Shown here: positions 24,936 through 35,975 of the stretch, in pieces
Numbering within the stretch: the stretch's first letter is position 1
Layout: every line of letters starts with the position of its first letter
Assembly: GCA_964036045.1 (NCBI GenBank)
Contig: OZ038379.1
Span: 7,502,001-7,566,000 of the forward strand
Source: Eutreptiella sp. 'Long Island Sound 2002'
Lineage: Eukaryota; Protista; Euglenida
DNA length: 64,000 nucleotides
Direction: 5' to 3'
Made by a program: the position numbers and the translations under genes
Notes under the pieces: generated by a model
Told to the model about the DNA's origin: nothing
Database searches by the model: none
The model's input: only the letters and a program-made list of their open reading frames with translations

Positions 24936-26283
24936 CTGGAAGGACAATGGGCAGGGGGGAATGCAAGGGCAGGGCAGTGCGTACACGTGTGTGTCGTACG
25001 CTTGGCCGCATGCAGCAATGCAAGCTGGGGCTGGAGAGGTGCTGGTTTCACAGCACAGACAGAAAACCGTCAACTGCTGGCGCTTCCAACTGCTAGCGGT
25101 TAGACCCTAAGAGCAGATGCTTGCGCACAGTTAGGGGTCAGGATGACCAGTTGACGATTGTTGACAGTTGTCTTATGGTTTTGTATATCTGTGTGCGGTG
25201 GTAATATCAACAGAAATCGGAAATTTCGATTTTTCAGCTGGTAAGTCTCAAAACTACAAATGCAGGTTGTGCCAGCAAAGAGGCTACCGATGGCAATTTT
25301 GAGGATTTCCGGAGGGGCATGGCCCTGGCTACATGGGCCAAGCAGCTGCTACGCGGCTCCCTATGGGTGACAGAGGGCGCGTACCGGGTTCCTACAGCTC
25401 TTGGGGGACACTTGGAAGCAACACGCCTGCATGGAGATTCAAGACCAGGGTTGAGGGAACAGAAAAGCTGCCATGCAGTGGTGCATACCAAAATAAAATC
25501 CACCTTCAGGTTCCACGCATGTTGCTTCAGCACTGCATGCAGTAGGCGGCCATAACCTGATGCAAAACAGCACATGAGCTACAGCGTTTGCTGCACTGCC
25601 CTGTGGCCTCCCTCACCTTCAGCACGACAACCCTGAGATGTGGGTGGATATGGGAGGGATACCTTCGTCCTGTGGCCACTGACGCTCTCCCTGTGCGCCA
25701 AACAGCAGAATTTCCATGAAATTGAACGGCTCGTGTCTTCGCAACGACACGGCCGACTTCAGATCGCCGTCCTTCCAGAGGCCCACATGGGCGACGGAGC
25801 GGAAGTCCATGCCCTGTTCCTCGCTTGGAGCGTTCTGTGAGCAGGTGCCAGTGCAGCAGAGACAGCAAATACACAGGGGTGGTCTAAGAGACCCCACCCC
25901 ACCAGGAAAAGTGGCCCGGGGTGTGTGGTGGGGTGGGGTGGGCACTCTCCCTGTGTGACACACCCCCAAGAGATTGGGGAAATCTAACCATCAGGTTCAT
26001 TAGCTGAGACGCTGTGACCGACTGTTTTTATTTTGCCTGACGCTCCATGCTCCCGCATTTGACTAGGTGTCCTAACTTGGACGTCCTCCCCTGAGCAGCA
26101 AACCCCTTTTGGGTTTCAACTGCTAGGTTTTCTGGCTCCTATTGTGCTGTTTTCCTTATTGTGTGTCCCCCACTACCCCTTTTCCACCCTGTTCTTGTGC
26201 CTGTTTGTGTTTGCACCGTACTCTGTTCATGGTTTGTCTATTCCCTTTTGTCCCTCTTATGTCGAATCTGTACTGATACCCTC

Positions 26284-26733
26284 TGATGCTGGGCCTGAAC
26301 TAGATAAATGATTGCCATGTGCCTGGGTGGAGGACACCACTCAGGTGCTTCATGGACTCGGTGGTAAAGCATCGTCCTCTAAGCTGCTGCATGCTGGGGA
26401 ATGTCCTTGGTCTCTGCCCGGGCACGGGCAGTGATGCTGGGCCTGAACTAGATAAATGATTGCCATGTGCCTGGGTGGAGGACACCACTCAGGTGCTTCA
26501 TGGACTCGGTGGTAAAGCATCGTCCTCTAAGCTGCTGCATGCTGGGGAATGTCCTTGGTCTCTGCCCGGGCACGGGCAGTGATGCTGGGCCTGAACTAGA
26601 TAAATGATTGCCATGTGCCTGGGTGGAGGACACCACTCAGGTGCTTCATGGACTCGGTGGTAAAGCATCGTCCTCTAAGCTGCTGCATGCTGGGGAATGT
26701 CCTTGGTCTCTGCCCGGGCACGGGCAGTGATGC
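26284..26733. repeat. Tandem triplication of a 148-bp unit
   Basis: Three apparently identical units starting at 26284, 26432 and 26580, with TGATGC microhomology at both ends. Confidence 0.95.
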
Positions 26734-27458
26734 AGTACATGGGTCAATCTAGATCTGCCACCTGTTGCTGAGGTGTCCTATTGTTTGTGGTGTTTGTTGG
26801 TTGTGGTTGCTTCGGTGGAAAAAATGGGGGATCTCTGTGCATCCAACTGCACGGGTTCCTGCTCTGGTAATACAGTCATCAGGTGATTTGTCGTTGCTGG
26901 TGACCCTCCTGCATGATCGCACAGGTCGTCGCAGAAAGGGGAAACCAGCCCACAGCCAACACTCTCACTTTGTGGTGGCTTGAAAATTTGTGCTGAACGC
27001 GGGTGGACGGGGGTGGGGAGTAGGGTGGGTGCACCCCGAAGAGGAATCTGAGGAGGTGCGGGAGGAGGAGCAGGAGCAGGAACAGGAGGAGGAGCAGGAG
27101 GAGCCTGTCCTCATACTTTAGCAGGTCATGTACACTGTTTTCCTGGGAACTCCAGGGAAGCTTCCTCATTGTGATGGAGAGTCGACATTGCAGCACACCA
27201 TACAGGGGGTTTCCCAATGCAGGAGAGGTCCTGCTCAACCCAACACTCCTCTACACACAGCATTGAGGGTTTCTTCCCAACTCCATGTGCAGCACTGAGG
27301 GCTCCTACCCACCCAGCACCCTGTCCACACCACATAAACAAGAGGAAGGGCCACTCCCAAACCACCACACCACACCTGCACACGCATGGTGCCATCACCT
27401 TGCCGCAAATATCCCTGCACACATGAGCCACTTGTAGCCCCTGCCAACCCACACACAC

Positions 27459-27661
27459 CTCCGCACATGGCTTCCACAAAGTCTTTACAAAGCGGGTTTT
27501 GTAGAATTTGCCAAGAGCCTTCTTGTCTTTCTCAGCCAGATTCCTCAATGCATAAATATCGCTTGTCACGTTTCTGCTCCTCTGCTTACGCTTCTGCACA
27601 GCGGCGGTAACCTCGCCCCTGGCCGCAGCATTGGCCGCATTGGAAGATAAGGAGTTGGGAC
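27459..27661 (-). CDS. Orphan spliced gene, internal exon
   Basis: Acceptor TGTCTACAG|G and donor GCGGAG|GTGTGT. 203 nt, phase 1-0, open (GPNSLSS..IYALRNLAEKDKKALGKFYKTRFVKTLWKPCAE). Confidence 0.65.
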
Positions 27662-27864
27662 CTGTAGACAGGGTTGAAATAGATGGATGCCAGGAGAGCG
27701 TAGGTGCATGTGAGAAAAAGCATGAATCGCGCGCACTTTGCTTTTTTTGTGTACGTCGCGTACCCACAGCATTTTCAGGATTTTTTTCCAAAAGCTACTG
27801 ACAGCAAAACAAGATGAAGCAAAAAAAATTTCGCAACCAATACCAGACACACACAGAGGCGGAT

Positions 27865-28240
27865 ACGCACAGCAATACCCACAGGTCCGTTGTCTTCACC
27901 AAGCCTTTTTGCAGGAGTAATAATCTCACACACCTGTTGGTCCTGGGGCAGTGGTGGCGGCCGCCTTGTTGCTCAGAGTGGCAATTCCAGGGGACACCTT
28001 GCCTTCCACTTTCACATCAGTGGTCTGGAGCTTGTCCAACACATCACCTGGACAACGGCACAGACTCCAGGATTCATTGGTACAGCTGGTACAGGGGCCC
28101 GAGACAGGACATGCGACACGAGCTGTACACAACCAACCGTCATAAACAGAACGAAAAAGATAGACAGCGTCAATGTTTGCCACATCCACGACCGTAGAGG
28201 GGGGAATGCGCAGCTCGCGTGCGGAAAAAAGCGTAAGTCG
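27865..28240. repeat. ~375-bp direct repeat, copy 1 (copy 2 at 30014-30390)
   Basis: Near-identical sequence at offset 2149, both copies in the same intron. Confidence 0.9.
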
Positions 28241-30013
28241 CGTACGTTTTTTGTTTTGTCGTAAAACACATGCAGTTTTTTTTGGAGGTGTAGGTCATGT
28301 ACCCAAAGCATTTTCAGTTTTTCTATGGTGTGGCGCCCCATGCTCATGGAGTCGTGGTCAACCAACATGCCACATGCGGAGTTGGGACCTTGGTACATAT
28401 GCAACATACCATGGGGAGTAGACTACATTGGGTTAAGAACACATATCGGAAGCATCAACATGGCACATGAATGGTATAAAATTGGCATAACGAGCACAGG
28501 TGCCAAAAACACCCAAAAATGACCACAAAATGCTTTCCAAACGCAATCTACGCTCTGAAAAAATTGCACACCACCTACAGCAAAAAAAAAATGGATACGC
28601 AACTAATGCCAGACACACGCAAAGGGGGGCATCTGTAGCAAAATGTGGCATACACAACACCCCCGCAAAACACACCAACGTTCACTGGTGCACCCATGTA
28701 TATACTCCGTTGCTGACTCACGCGTGGCAGCTGAACCAGAAACTGGCAGACACCCAAATGTCCAGGGGGAAGTGTCAGCGAGTGCGGACACGAGTCACGC
28801 GAATGTACTCACGTGACCCTCAGAGAAAAAATGTATGTCCGTTTTATGCTTTTTTAACACTCCTGTGACACTTCACTCAAATGGCCACAACTGTGGCGCA
28901 AGCCATCGCACGCCCGCACCTGGATGCAGTGGCTTGGATGGGGACGATTTCGCCGTCCAGCAGTGGTGTGTGCCCCCTCGTCAAAGTAAGTGACCGCTGC
29001 AAAACTGTGGCAGCTGCGCTAAGAGATTCTGCAACTCGCTTGCTGCACACAACCATGGACACCCCGGTTGTCGGAGTATGCCAAAAAGAAAATGGTCAAA
29101 CAGGGAAGGGGTGGGCTCTCATGTGGGACGATGCGCTGAGCCAAAAACGACACATCCCTTGCAATCATGTTGGCCGCAGAACAAAAGGAGCTGGCATGAT
29201 CCATGTGAATCACCATCTCCCGTGCCCCATAGTGCAGAGCAACACCAGCACAGCCCACTGACATTTGGTCCAACACAGTAGGGGAGAAAGGGGGCGTTCC
29301 CTGTCGGGCTCTCTATCTTGATCAACAAAAACTGGTGTACAAAACGAACCTGAAGCAGACCCAAAAGTCATCTCCACCGCAGCAGAGAGGCAAGCACAAG
29401 GCACCAGGGTGATATATTCTGCCAAAATGTGCAATGTTGGTGACAGGCTGAGCACTATGCGACCAACCTCTATCCTTGGGTAACGCAGTTGCCGACATTC
29501 CTAAGCGACAGGCCCAAGCATAGCACCCTTCGCCCTGGTCCCGGCAACTTCTGACTTGTGAATTGTGACTTCCACACCCACAGCAGCGCCAAATACCCAT
29601 CTTCCATACAGAGGTTGAAGCCGTAGATGGAATCTTTCGTAGAGTCACCCGGTTTAACACACCCACCCACCAAGAGCTACTGGATTGCAACCACTGAAAA
29701 GGCACATATCTGCACAGAGGAGTAGGAGGGAACACTGTCACAGCAAGAACCTACTGCAATTCAGCTTTTTGGCCTATTGTCTGCATGCACACAGCACGGC
29801 ATTGTGTTGTGCGCGAAGAAACCTGCTCAACGCCATTGGTGAGGTAACTGACACCATGCATTGCCAGGGAGAAGGGGGTGGCACCTAATTGATCGGATCG
29901 ATTGAGTGAAAACAAATGACAAACATGAATGCAACAGTAAATCAAGCATGAGCGGCGAGGCGGGGGGGGGAGGAGGGGCTTTTTCAGCACACAGCATGCG
30001 GAGGTGTACGTAC

Positions 30014-30390
30014 ACGCACAGCAATACCCACAGGTCCGTTGTCTTCACCAAGCCTTTTTGCAGGAGTAATAATCTCACACACCTTTTGGTCCTGGGGCAG
30101 TGGTGGCGGCCGCCTTGTTGCTCAGAGTGGCAATTCCAGGGGACACCTTGCCTTCCACTTTCACATCAGTGGTCTGGAGCTTGTCCAACACATCACCTGG
30201 ACAACGGCACAGACTCCAGGATTCATTGGTACAGCTGGTACAGAGGCCCGAGACAGGACATGCGACACGAGCTGTACACAACCAACCGTCATAAACAGAA
30301 CGAAAAAGATAAACAGCGTCAATGTTTGCTACATCCACGACCGCAGAGGGGGGAATGCGCAGCTCGCGTGCAGAAAAAAGCGGACGTCAC
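30014..30390. repeat. ~375-bp direct repeat, copy 2
   Basis: See 27865-28240. Confidence 0.9.
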
Positions 30391-30716
30391 GTACTTCCTT
30401 TGCTATACCGTAAATCGGGTCCACTTTTTTTTTGTGGTGTAGGTCACGTATGGAAAGAAGTCACAAAGTCCGATCTGCAGGGACATTGCAAATGCCGCCA
30501 GTCCGCGTTTTTGAGGCGTGTGGCCCTTGAAGTACACTGGCGGGTGGGTGTGAGGTGCAATGGTGAGGACAGGGAGTTCCACAGTTGTTTCCGGGCAGCA
30601 AAATTCTATGTGTAGACGGGGTGGCAGGCCCGAGGATGGGTAGGAGAGCGGGGTCCAGGGTATCGTCACACATACACCTCAAAAAAGATCAACATGTAGA
30701 AGCGAAAGGGGAATAC

Positions 30717-30890
30717 CTGATTTTTTGAGCGGGGATGCAGCAAATAGCAGTGCAAGGTCGGGGTCGTCCTCAAGTGTAGGACACGATGGGAGCGTGACAG
30801 TGTAGGATGCAACATCACGCAGTGCATGCCTACTGCTGTCACCAGCATCCACAGCCGCTTGTACCCCAACTGCTGCAGGCGGCTGTCCAC
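30717..30890 (-). CDS. Orphan spliced gene, internal exon
   Basis: Acceptor TGTGCATAG|G and donor TCAG|GTATTC. 174 nt, phase 1-1, open (GGQPPAAVGVQ..LEDDPDLALLFAASPLKKS); phases match both neighbours. Confidence 0.65.
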
Positions 30891-31833
30891 CTATGCACAA
30901 CAGACAGCAGACACACTTGTTTGGCTCCACATGCTTTTAAAATCGAAGCATCACCAAAAACACAGCGCTTGCACCCATGATCTAACACTGAAATCGGCAC
31001 TACAAATGCATCCTCCCACTGCCACATTCACACACCCCATTTTCGTCCTACCCATGCAGCAACGACCACAATCACAATAACACAATAACACAATAACGTG
31101 ATAACACAATAACATGATGTGCGAAACGGATTCTACACACACACAGGCCACCATGCACGTCAATGCCAAAGCAACGTCACCCACGAAGCAACAGACAAAC
31201 TGCACAGGCTTTATTGGGACAATCCCGGAATCCTTAGAGGCAAAACTGGGAGAACACAGGAAAACCAAGGGTAAAGGAACGGGAAAACACACAGACCCAT
31301 GGAAAAACCATGGTAGACGACCAAAAAATGCATGGAAATGGGGAGTTAGCGGTGTAGGGACGCCACCTTGGGTCATTAACCAGCACGGAGACCCTCACAA
31401 GTCCGTGGCAACCAGCCCCCCTTCTGCATTTGCTGGCGAAAATGCGGGGGGGTAGGCAGTTAGTCACATACACTAGCAGGCCGGCCTCAAAGCCAAAACT
31501 TGATGCGAGCGATCCTTCATTCTATCTATTCATTGACGGTAAAGAGTGACGGCAAAGAGCGGTAAAGAGCAATGGTATACCAAAGACAGTATGGATCGGC
31601 GGCGTACAGTGCCGCTGTAGAGTGACAGTATAGAGTGACGACGGGCTGCATAATTGGCCAACCTTGGCCTCTGAAAAAATGTACACCACGGCGGTTCTTA
31701 AGGGCATTCTGGAACAAAAAAGCCACAAAAAGAGTCCCAAAGGACCTGTTCAGGACTGCAGCACCTGAGGAGTGCAGGAGGGTGCCAGGGTTCAAACGCA
31801 CCTAGGTCCAATCTTCTTATGGCACGATCTGGT

Positions 31834-32591
31834 CAGGCTTCGTTTATAAGAGGGGGGGGGGTATTTTGGACAAGACCCACCCACCCAACTTTGGACCCAC
31901 CCACCCAACTTTTGACCCACCCAGACCCCCCCCCCTCTTATAATTCTGTGGGGAGCATTTTTTGTGAACCAAATTGAAGCCAAGGCGCTCTCCCGGGTCA
32001 GACATCCCCAAAGGGTGACACACCAAAAATTCTATTGCCTTTGGCAGTGCACCTCGAAGAGAGGTTGACAGTCAGCCATTCAGTCCCTGCGCCAGGCCAG
32101 CAGTAAGTTAGACAGAAACACACAGTTTGGGTTTTTTGTCTGTGGCAGATGCGTCCCCAAGCGGTGGGGCGAAACTTCACTTTAAACCAAGGAGTCGCCG
32201 AATGGTAATGCAGCGGAGCAGATTCTTTTAGGTCGGCGGTTCAAACCCCGGTGCCGAATTTGACGCCGTCGCCGCCGCCGCCAAAAGTCAGCAGCCCAGG
32301 ATTCGAACCACCAACCGAAAACTTAGCGTCGGCTGCGTTACCATTCGACCAGCGGTTGTGTGATTCACACCTGCCGCCTGGGCAATGACACAACAGAAAG
32401 GGGCACCAGCAAACAGCCAGACAAGGCTCCTGTGACCAAAGAAAGAAGGTGTGGCAGGAGCCCAACCCAGAAAACCCTCAGAATTATAAGAGGGGGGGGG
32501 GTCCAGAGCTTTAGACCCACCCACCCGGCTGAAGACCCACCCACCCAGACCCCCCCCCCCATTGCAAAATAGCTCTTATAAACGAAGCCTG
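31834..32591. mobile_element. hAT-like MITE with perfect TIR and 8-bp TSD
   Basis: 19-bp TIR CAGGCTTCGTTTATAAGAG (31834-31852 / 32573-32591); TSD GATCTGGT at 31826-31833 and 32592-32599; CACCCACCCA subterminal repeats at both ends. Confidence 0.85.
32027..32355 (-). mobile_element. Helentron/DINE-like element, truncated copy 2, nested in a hAT-like MITE
   Basis: Same hairpin and subTIR end, followed by a convergent pair of tRNA-like modules; the other end of the family is absent. Confidence 0.6.
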
Positions 32592-32660
32592 GATCTGGTC
32601 CATCAGTGAATTGTGTGTTTGTGTGCACGGTTGTGGTTGCTGTTGTTGATGTGGGGCAAC

Positions 32661-33007
32661 CTGCGATGGTTGGTGCTACTCGTGCTGCTGCTGCTGCCAC
32701 CGCCGCTTCCGCTGCAGCTGGCTTTGCCGTTGCTGCGATGCTCCCTGCTGCTACTGTGGACGGTGCAGCAGGTGTTGATGCCGCAACTATGGCCGCTGCG
32801 GATGCTGCGGCTGCTGCTGGGGCATCAAGGCTACTGCTGTGCCCCTTCTGCTCTTGCTCTTCCTTCTCCTTCTGCTTCTGCTCTTTCTTGTTCTCTCTCT
32901 TCTCTTTTTCCTTCTCTTTCGTCTTCTCTTCTCTCCTCCTCTTTTTCGGTGGTGCAGGCTCTGGGGGAAGCTGGCCTGGATTAGAAGAAAAATGTGCAGA
33001 GTGGTCA
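32661..33007 (-). CDS. Orphan spliced gene, upstream exon (Lys/Glu-rich then Ala-rich low complexity); 5' boundary uncertain
   Basis: Open frame ..PPEPAPPKKRRREEKTKEKEKE..AAAAASAAA..PTIA. Donor GCAG|GTTGCC at 32660 (phase 1); putative acceptor CCCACCAG| at 33008. PKKRRR resembles an NLS. Confidence 0.55.
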
Positions 33008-34124
33008 CTGGTGGGCTCAGACAAACGGGGGGTTGTGCCGCAATTGCAACAGCCGGATCATTTCCTGCTATCCTTTCCCACCATTTTGGAAGAATGTGAC
33101 AGGGTTGAGAGAGATGGTACAGCGTAACGGTATACAGGGATGGGTTTGAGTAATGGCATCGAGTGACGGCAAAGAGTGACAGTATACAGTGACCGTTTGG
33201 AACGACGGTTTGGGGTGACGGTAAAGGGTGACAGTTCGGAATGAAGGAAGATAGTGACGGCATTGAGGGATGGTTTAGAGTGACAGGGTGACGGTATAGG
33301 GTGCGTTGTGTAGCCATTTTTGATTTCATCCCCTTATTGAGGACCCCCGAGAAGGCAGGGGTTATGTAGCCACTTTCGATTTACAGCATACATATACTGC
33401 GCTTTACTTTACTCTTATTGTCCCACAGTTCCTCCGTTGTTGTATGCTAACCCCTTAGGCCACTGCGTCCTTGCCACTTTGTTCATAGCAAGGTTTGCGA
33501 GAAATGACATGAGTGGAGATCATTATGAGATGATCAGCAAGGTTGCTTTTGGTGTAAGTAGACTGGGAGGTGGCTGCATGGGGTGTGTGGGTGTCACTAT
33601 TGCCTGGACACCACGGTGGTTCAAAGAAAGGGGTGATTTTTGGTCCCAGCCCCCCCCCCCCCAACCCCCACCCCCTTCAAAGGGCCAAAATGTTTGAGGG
33701 GTGTCGGGGTCAAGGACTGCACCTGGGGGCCCCCCCATGTACCAACTGGCACACCTACCATGCCTTTGTGGCACCTCCCACTCCCACCCCATCTGTTACC
33801 TTCTAGCAGAACGGATGCAAGCACTTGCTATGGCTACCACACGGCCATTGAAAATGGTTGTGCACGAACCCATTTGTGTAGCCTATGGGGTGCGTGCTGT
33901 CTCTGACTGATGGGCAGAAATGATTTGCAAAGATTTGCTCACATACCCCAAACAATCATGGCCTCTTGGGATCGTCAAACAGGCGTCACATATACCAATA
34001 CTCTTTACCATCACTCCATAATCACTCAGTTCCGTCACTGTATACTGTCAGGGACATGGTTACTCTATACATGCCTGCCTTCTTGGGGGTCTGCAACAGG
34101 GGGACGGAATCAGAAGTGCTGCAC

Positions 34125-34749
34125 AAATTCTATTGCCTTCGGCAGTGCACCTCGAAGAGAGGTTGACAGTCAGCCAATCAGTCAGTTAGACAGGCCAGCA
34201 GTCCGTCAGACAGAAACACACACTTTGGGTTTTTTGTTAGTAGCAGACACTTTATGGAGCAGTCGGGACCGTTTTGACTTCAAGCATTGGTGGTGGCCGA
34301 GTGGTAATGCATGCCACCGCAAGCTTGCAGGTCGGCGGTATGATTATCTGCAGCGGTGCCGCCGCTGCATTAGTCAACAGACCAGGATTCGAACCACCGG
34401 CTATAAAGTGTGCGCTGGCTGCGTTACCATTGGACCAGCGGCGATGCTGCAGCAATCAGCTTCCCCACTGCTTGAAGCCTGTTGAGCAAAAACTTTTGAC
34501 CCCCCCCCCCCCCACCCCCCACCCCCCCCCACCCCCCCCCCCAAAAAGTGATATCCAGTTTTAGGGGGTAGAGGCCTCAGAATCAAAAAATCCATTGGGG
34601 GATGGTCTTATTGGGCAAAATAATGATTTTACAAGGGGTTGGACATCCAATATTATGCCTTGGGGTATGCTGCGCGAATGACCCCAAAAAAGGGGGGTAT
34701 ACGCCGCTCGCGCCTGCGCTTGATCTAACAACCTCTCTTCGAGGTGATT
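34125..34749 (-). mobile_element. Helentron/DINE-like element, copy 3
   Basis: Perfect 18-bp subTIRs CACCTCGAAGAGAGGTTG (34148-34165) and CAACCTCTCTTCGAGGTG (34729-34746), terminal hairpin, microsatellite and a tRNA-like pair at 34290-34441. Confidence 0.7.
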
Positions 34750-35263
34750 CTGCGTTCTTGGGGCCAGAGAAAATGCCAAAAAAAACGGAGCATTTTGAGT
34801 ATAAATACATCGGGTGACCGGTTTTACCAGCCCCTTCACATAGGGCACCAAAATGTTCTGGTGCCTGCGGTGCCAGCCAATTTTTCAATATTGGCTTGTA
34901 CTATGGTTGGGATCTTTTAAACGTTTTGGCCCCCAGGAGGGGTGGGGTGGGGGGGGGGGGGGTCATGGACTGCACCTGAGCGACCCCCATGGGTTGGTAC
35001 TTCCAGGTGTGTGTACTGGTTTGGGTTTCAGGAGAGCCTTCTCTGCATTAACTGACCATGACCAGAGCCCCCTTGGGGTGTGTGGTGGGGACCTCACGTC
35101 CTTGGACTGGCAGCCGAAGCACCAGGCTTACCCCCCCCCCCCCCGGGAAATCTCCCCCCGTAGCGCATCTCCTCCCCCAGGAATCAACTCAACATGCCCA
35201 AGGGGGGGGGGGTGGATTGCAAGGGTATTTCAAGGCAAACTGTGGTACCCTCCACTGATGCAA

Positions 35264-35485
35264 TCAAACAGAACACAGGTGAAGCAACTTGAGTGATGCA
35301 ACCACCGCAGCCTCAAGCCTTGAGAGTTGAGCACTCTCATGATCCACTTGAGTGACCCCACCAGGGCATACGTACCGCATGTGGCAAAACTGCGGCCCAT
35401 CTGGTGAAGGCCCCACAACAGTGGCCAACACATGTGCACCAAGTGTGTGTGGGTGGTACCATACACGGTCACCGGGAGAAAACAT
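35264..35485 (-). other. Short ORF with a Tudor/SH3-like pattern in repeat context
   Basis: MFSPGDRVWYHPHTLGAHVLATVVGPSPDGPQFCHMRYVCPGGVTQVDHESAQLSRL. Confidence 0.4.
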
Positions 35486-35849
35486 CTTGGATCTGAAAAA
35501 GGGACACGACACCCTGTACACCGCCGTTGGAGAGAGAAGGTCACAGAATAGACACAGGTGACTGATTTGAAATAATGGGAAAGCAATGCAAGAATGTGTG
35601 TGTGACAGATGGGGAACACAAACCACCGCAATAGATATTGCGAAGCAAACAGTGAAGTGACCCCCCCCCCCCTGTGGGGGGGTATTTCAAAGGGGAGGGG
35701 GGTAAACTTCTGAAATTGGATAGGCTCCGGGGTCAACCCAGGGGTATGACCCTACGCAACAGCTGAAGAACACCATTTTCCGGTATGTGTCTGTCCCTTG
35801 CCTTCTCTCACCCAGGCCCCGCCCCCCGCGTTCATCTTCATCTTCATCT

Positions 35850-35975
35850 TCATGTCATGTAATGTCATGTCATGTCATGTCACGTCACGTCACGTCACGT
35901 CACGTCACGTCACGTCACGTCACGTCACGTCACGTCACGTCATGTCACGTCATGTCACGTCATGTCATGTCATGC
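35850..35975. repeat. (CATGT)n/(CACGT)n pentamer microsatellite
   Basis: Direct reading. Confidence 0.95.

Noticed and set aside
26284-26733. CRISPR array (also considered for the 166-bp modules at 17584-17915)
   Set aside because: Units are contiguous long repeats with no unique spacers, there are no cas genes, and the context is eukaryotic.
32606-33329. Overlapping ORFs of 86-180 aa
   Set aside because: They are antisense or alternate frames of the low-complexity exon at 32661-33007.
32191-34441. Functional tRNA genes
   Set aside because: A and B boxes are present, but acceptor and T stems do not pair and anticodon loops are abnormal; treated as SINE-like modules.
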